NCBI GenBank assembly: GCA_965112155.1
Contig: OZ218100.1
DNA from: Podarcis liolepis
Lineage: Eukaryota
Reading direction: 5' to 3' (one strand)
Length of the DNA: 64,000 bases
In this document: positions 63,261 through 64,000 of the stretch, piece by piece
Layout of the letters: the number at the start of each line of letters is the position of its first letter
How positions within the stretch are numbered: position 1 is the first letter of the stretch
Notes under the pieces: model-generated
Told to the model about the DNA's origin: nothing
The model's database searches: none
What the model saw: only the letters and a program-made list of their open reading frames with translations
Position numbers and translations under genes: made by a program

Positions 63261-64000
63261 TTTAAAGCATACCCAGAGCAACCTTCTGTGCCAGGACAGT
63301 TTGATAGATCCGTTCTCGTTTGTCACATGCCAGCTGCAGCATCCCCATTATAACACCTTATCATGTAGGACTGTTGATTGGTGCCAGTGCTACTGGTACT
63401 TTGGATTTTGCAAAGGTGGACCTGTTGAAGTACCACCTTTGTCCCATACATAACACTTCCCACCTGAGCCCATTTCCTTCTCATGCTAGAACCCTGCTTC
63501 CCCCTGCATTAGGAAAGTAACTTCTGGTGGTGGTTCTTTATGGGACACAAAGACTGAATTATCCTATTTTGCAAACATGATGACCATGGGGCAGCATAAA
63601 ACCCTGGAAGAATGTAACTGGTCATAATAAACTTTGTAGGTACTGTTGTTTTTATCCTCATCTTAAGAGCTTATTTGCCAGCACATCAGGTTTGGAACTT
63701 GTTTTGTGTTTTCCAAAGCTCTTACCAATCTTCTCCATTACTGACAAAATGATGATAATCGGAAAATATACACTATTGAAAACATACGTTATTATGTTAA
63801 GGAGATACCTGGCTTTTTATTTTATTTTGCTGGCCTTCTGTGATAAGAATGATTGCATGGCTCTACTTCAACTCAACTGATGATTTACTTGCCTTTCTAA
63901 ACAGGAATACAATTTGTGAACACACTTATTCAAAATCACTATAATAGCTATAATTCCAAAAAAGGTTTCTCTGCCACATCCCAGGCTCAATCACTTTTCT

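Overview
Vertebrate genomic DNA, almost certainly from a lacertid lizard (Podarcis/Lacerta type, judged from Sauria/Squam SINEs and associated MITEs). The window lies inside the Parkin gene (PRKN/PARK2) on the minus strand. Two coding exons are present, equivalent to human exon 8 (52451-52512, 62 nt) and exon 9 (46517-46666, 150 nt), covering the end of RING1, the phospho-ubiquitin-binding helix and most of IBR. Everything else is intron: more than 11 kb of intron 7, a 5,784-nt intron 8, and more than 46 kb of intron 9, with no exon 7 or 10 found. The introns are packed with SINEs, L2/CR1/L1/Penelope fragments, Tc1/mariner and hAT MITEs (many with intact TSDs), microsatellites and several AT-rich, motif-dense stretches that look like enhancers. 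I found no new multi-gene or prokaryote-type system, and nearly all ORFs in the track are spurious. The best leads are: (1) an ORF-less ~1.12-kb retroposon, present twice, with an L1-type YY1 5' end, a polyA signal and TSDs; (2) a three-level nested transposon stack at 23142-25680; (3) a 1.5-kb hAT element that seems to have captured an L2 fragment and CpG-island-like DNA; (4) an unusual Cys in Parkin's phospho-ubiquitin-binding helix. Family names and human residue numbers come from recall, not from a database search.
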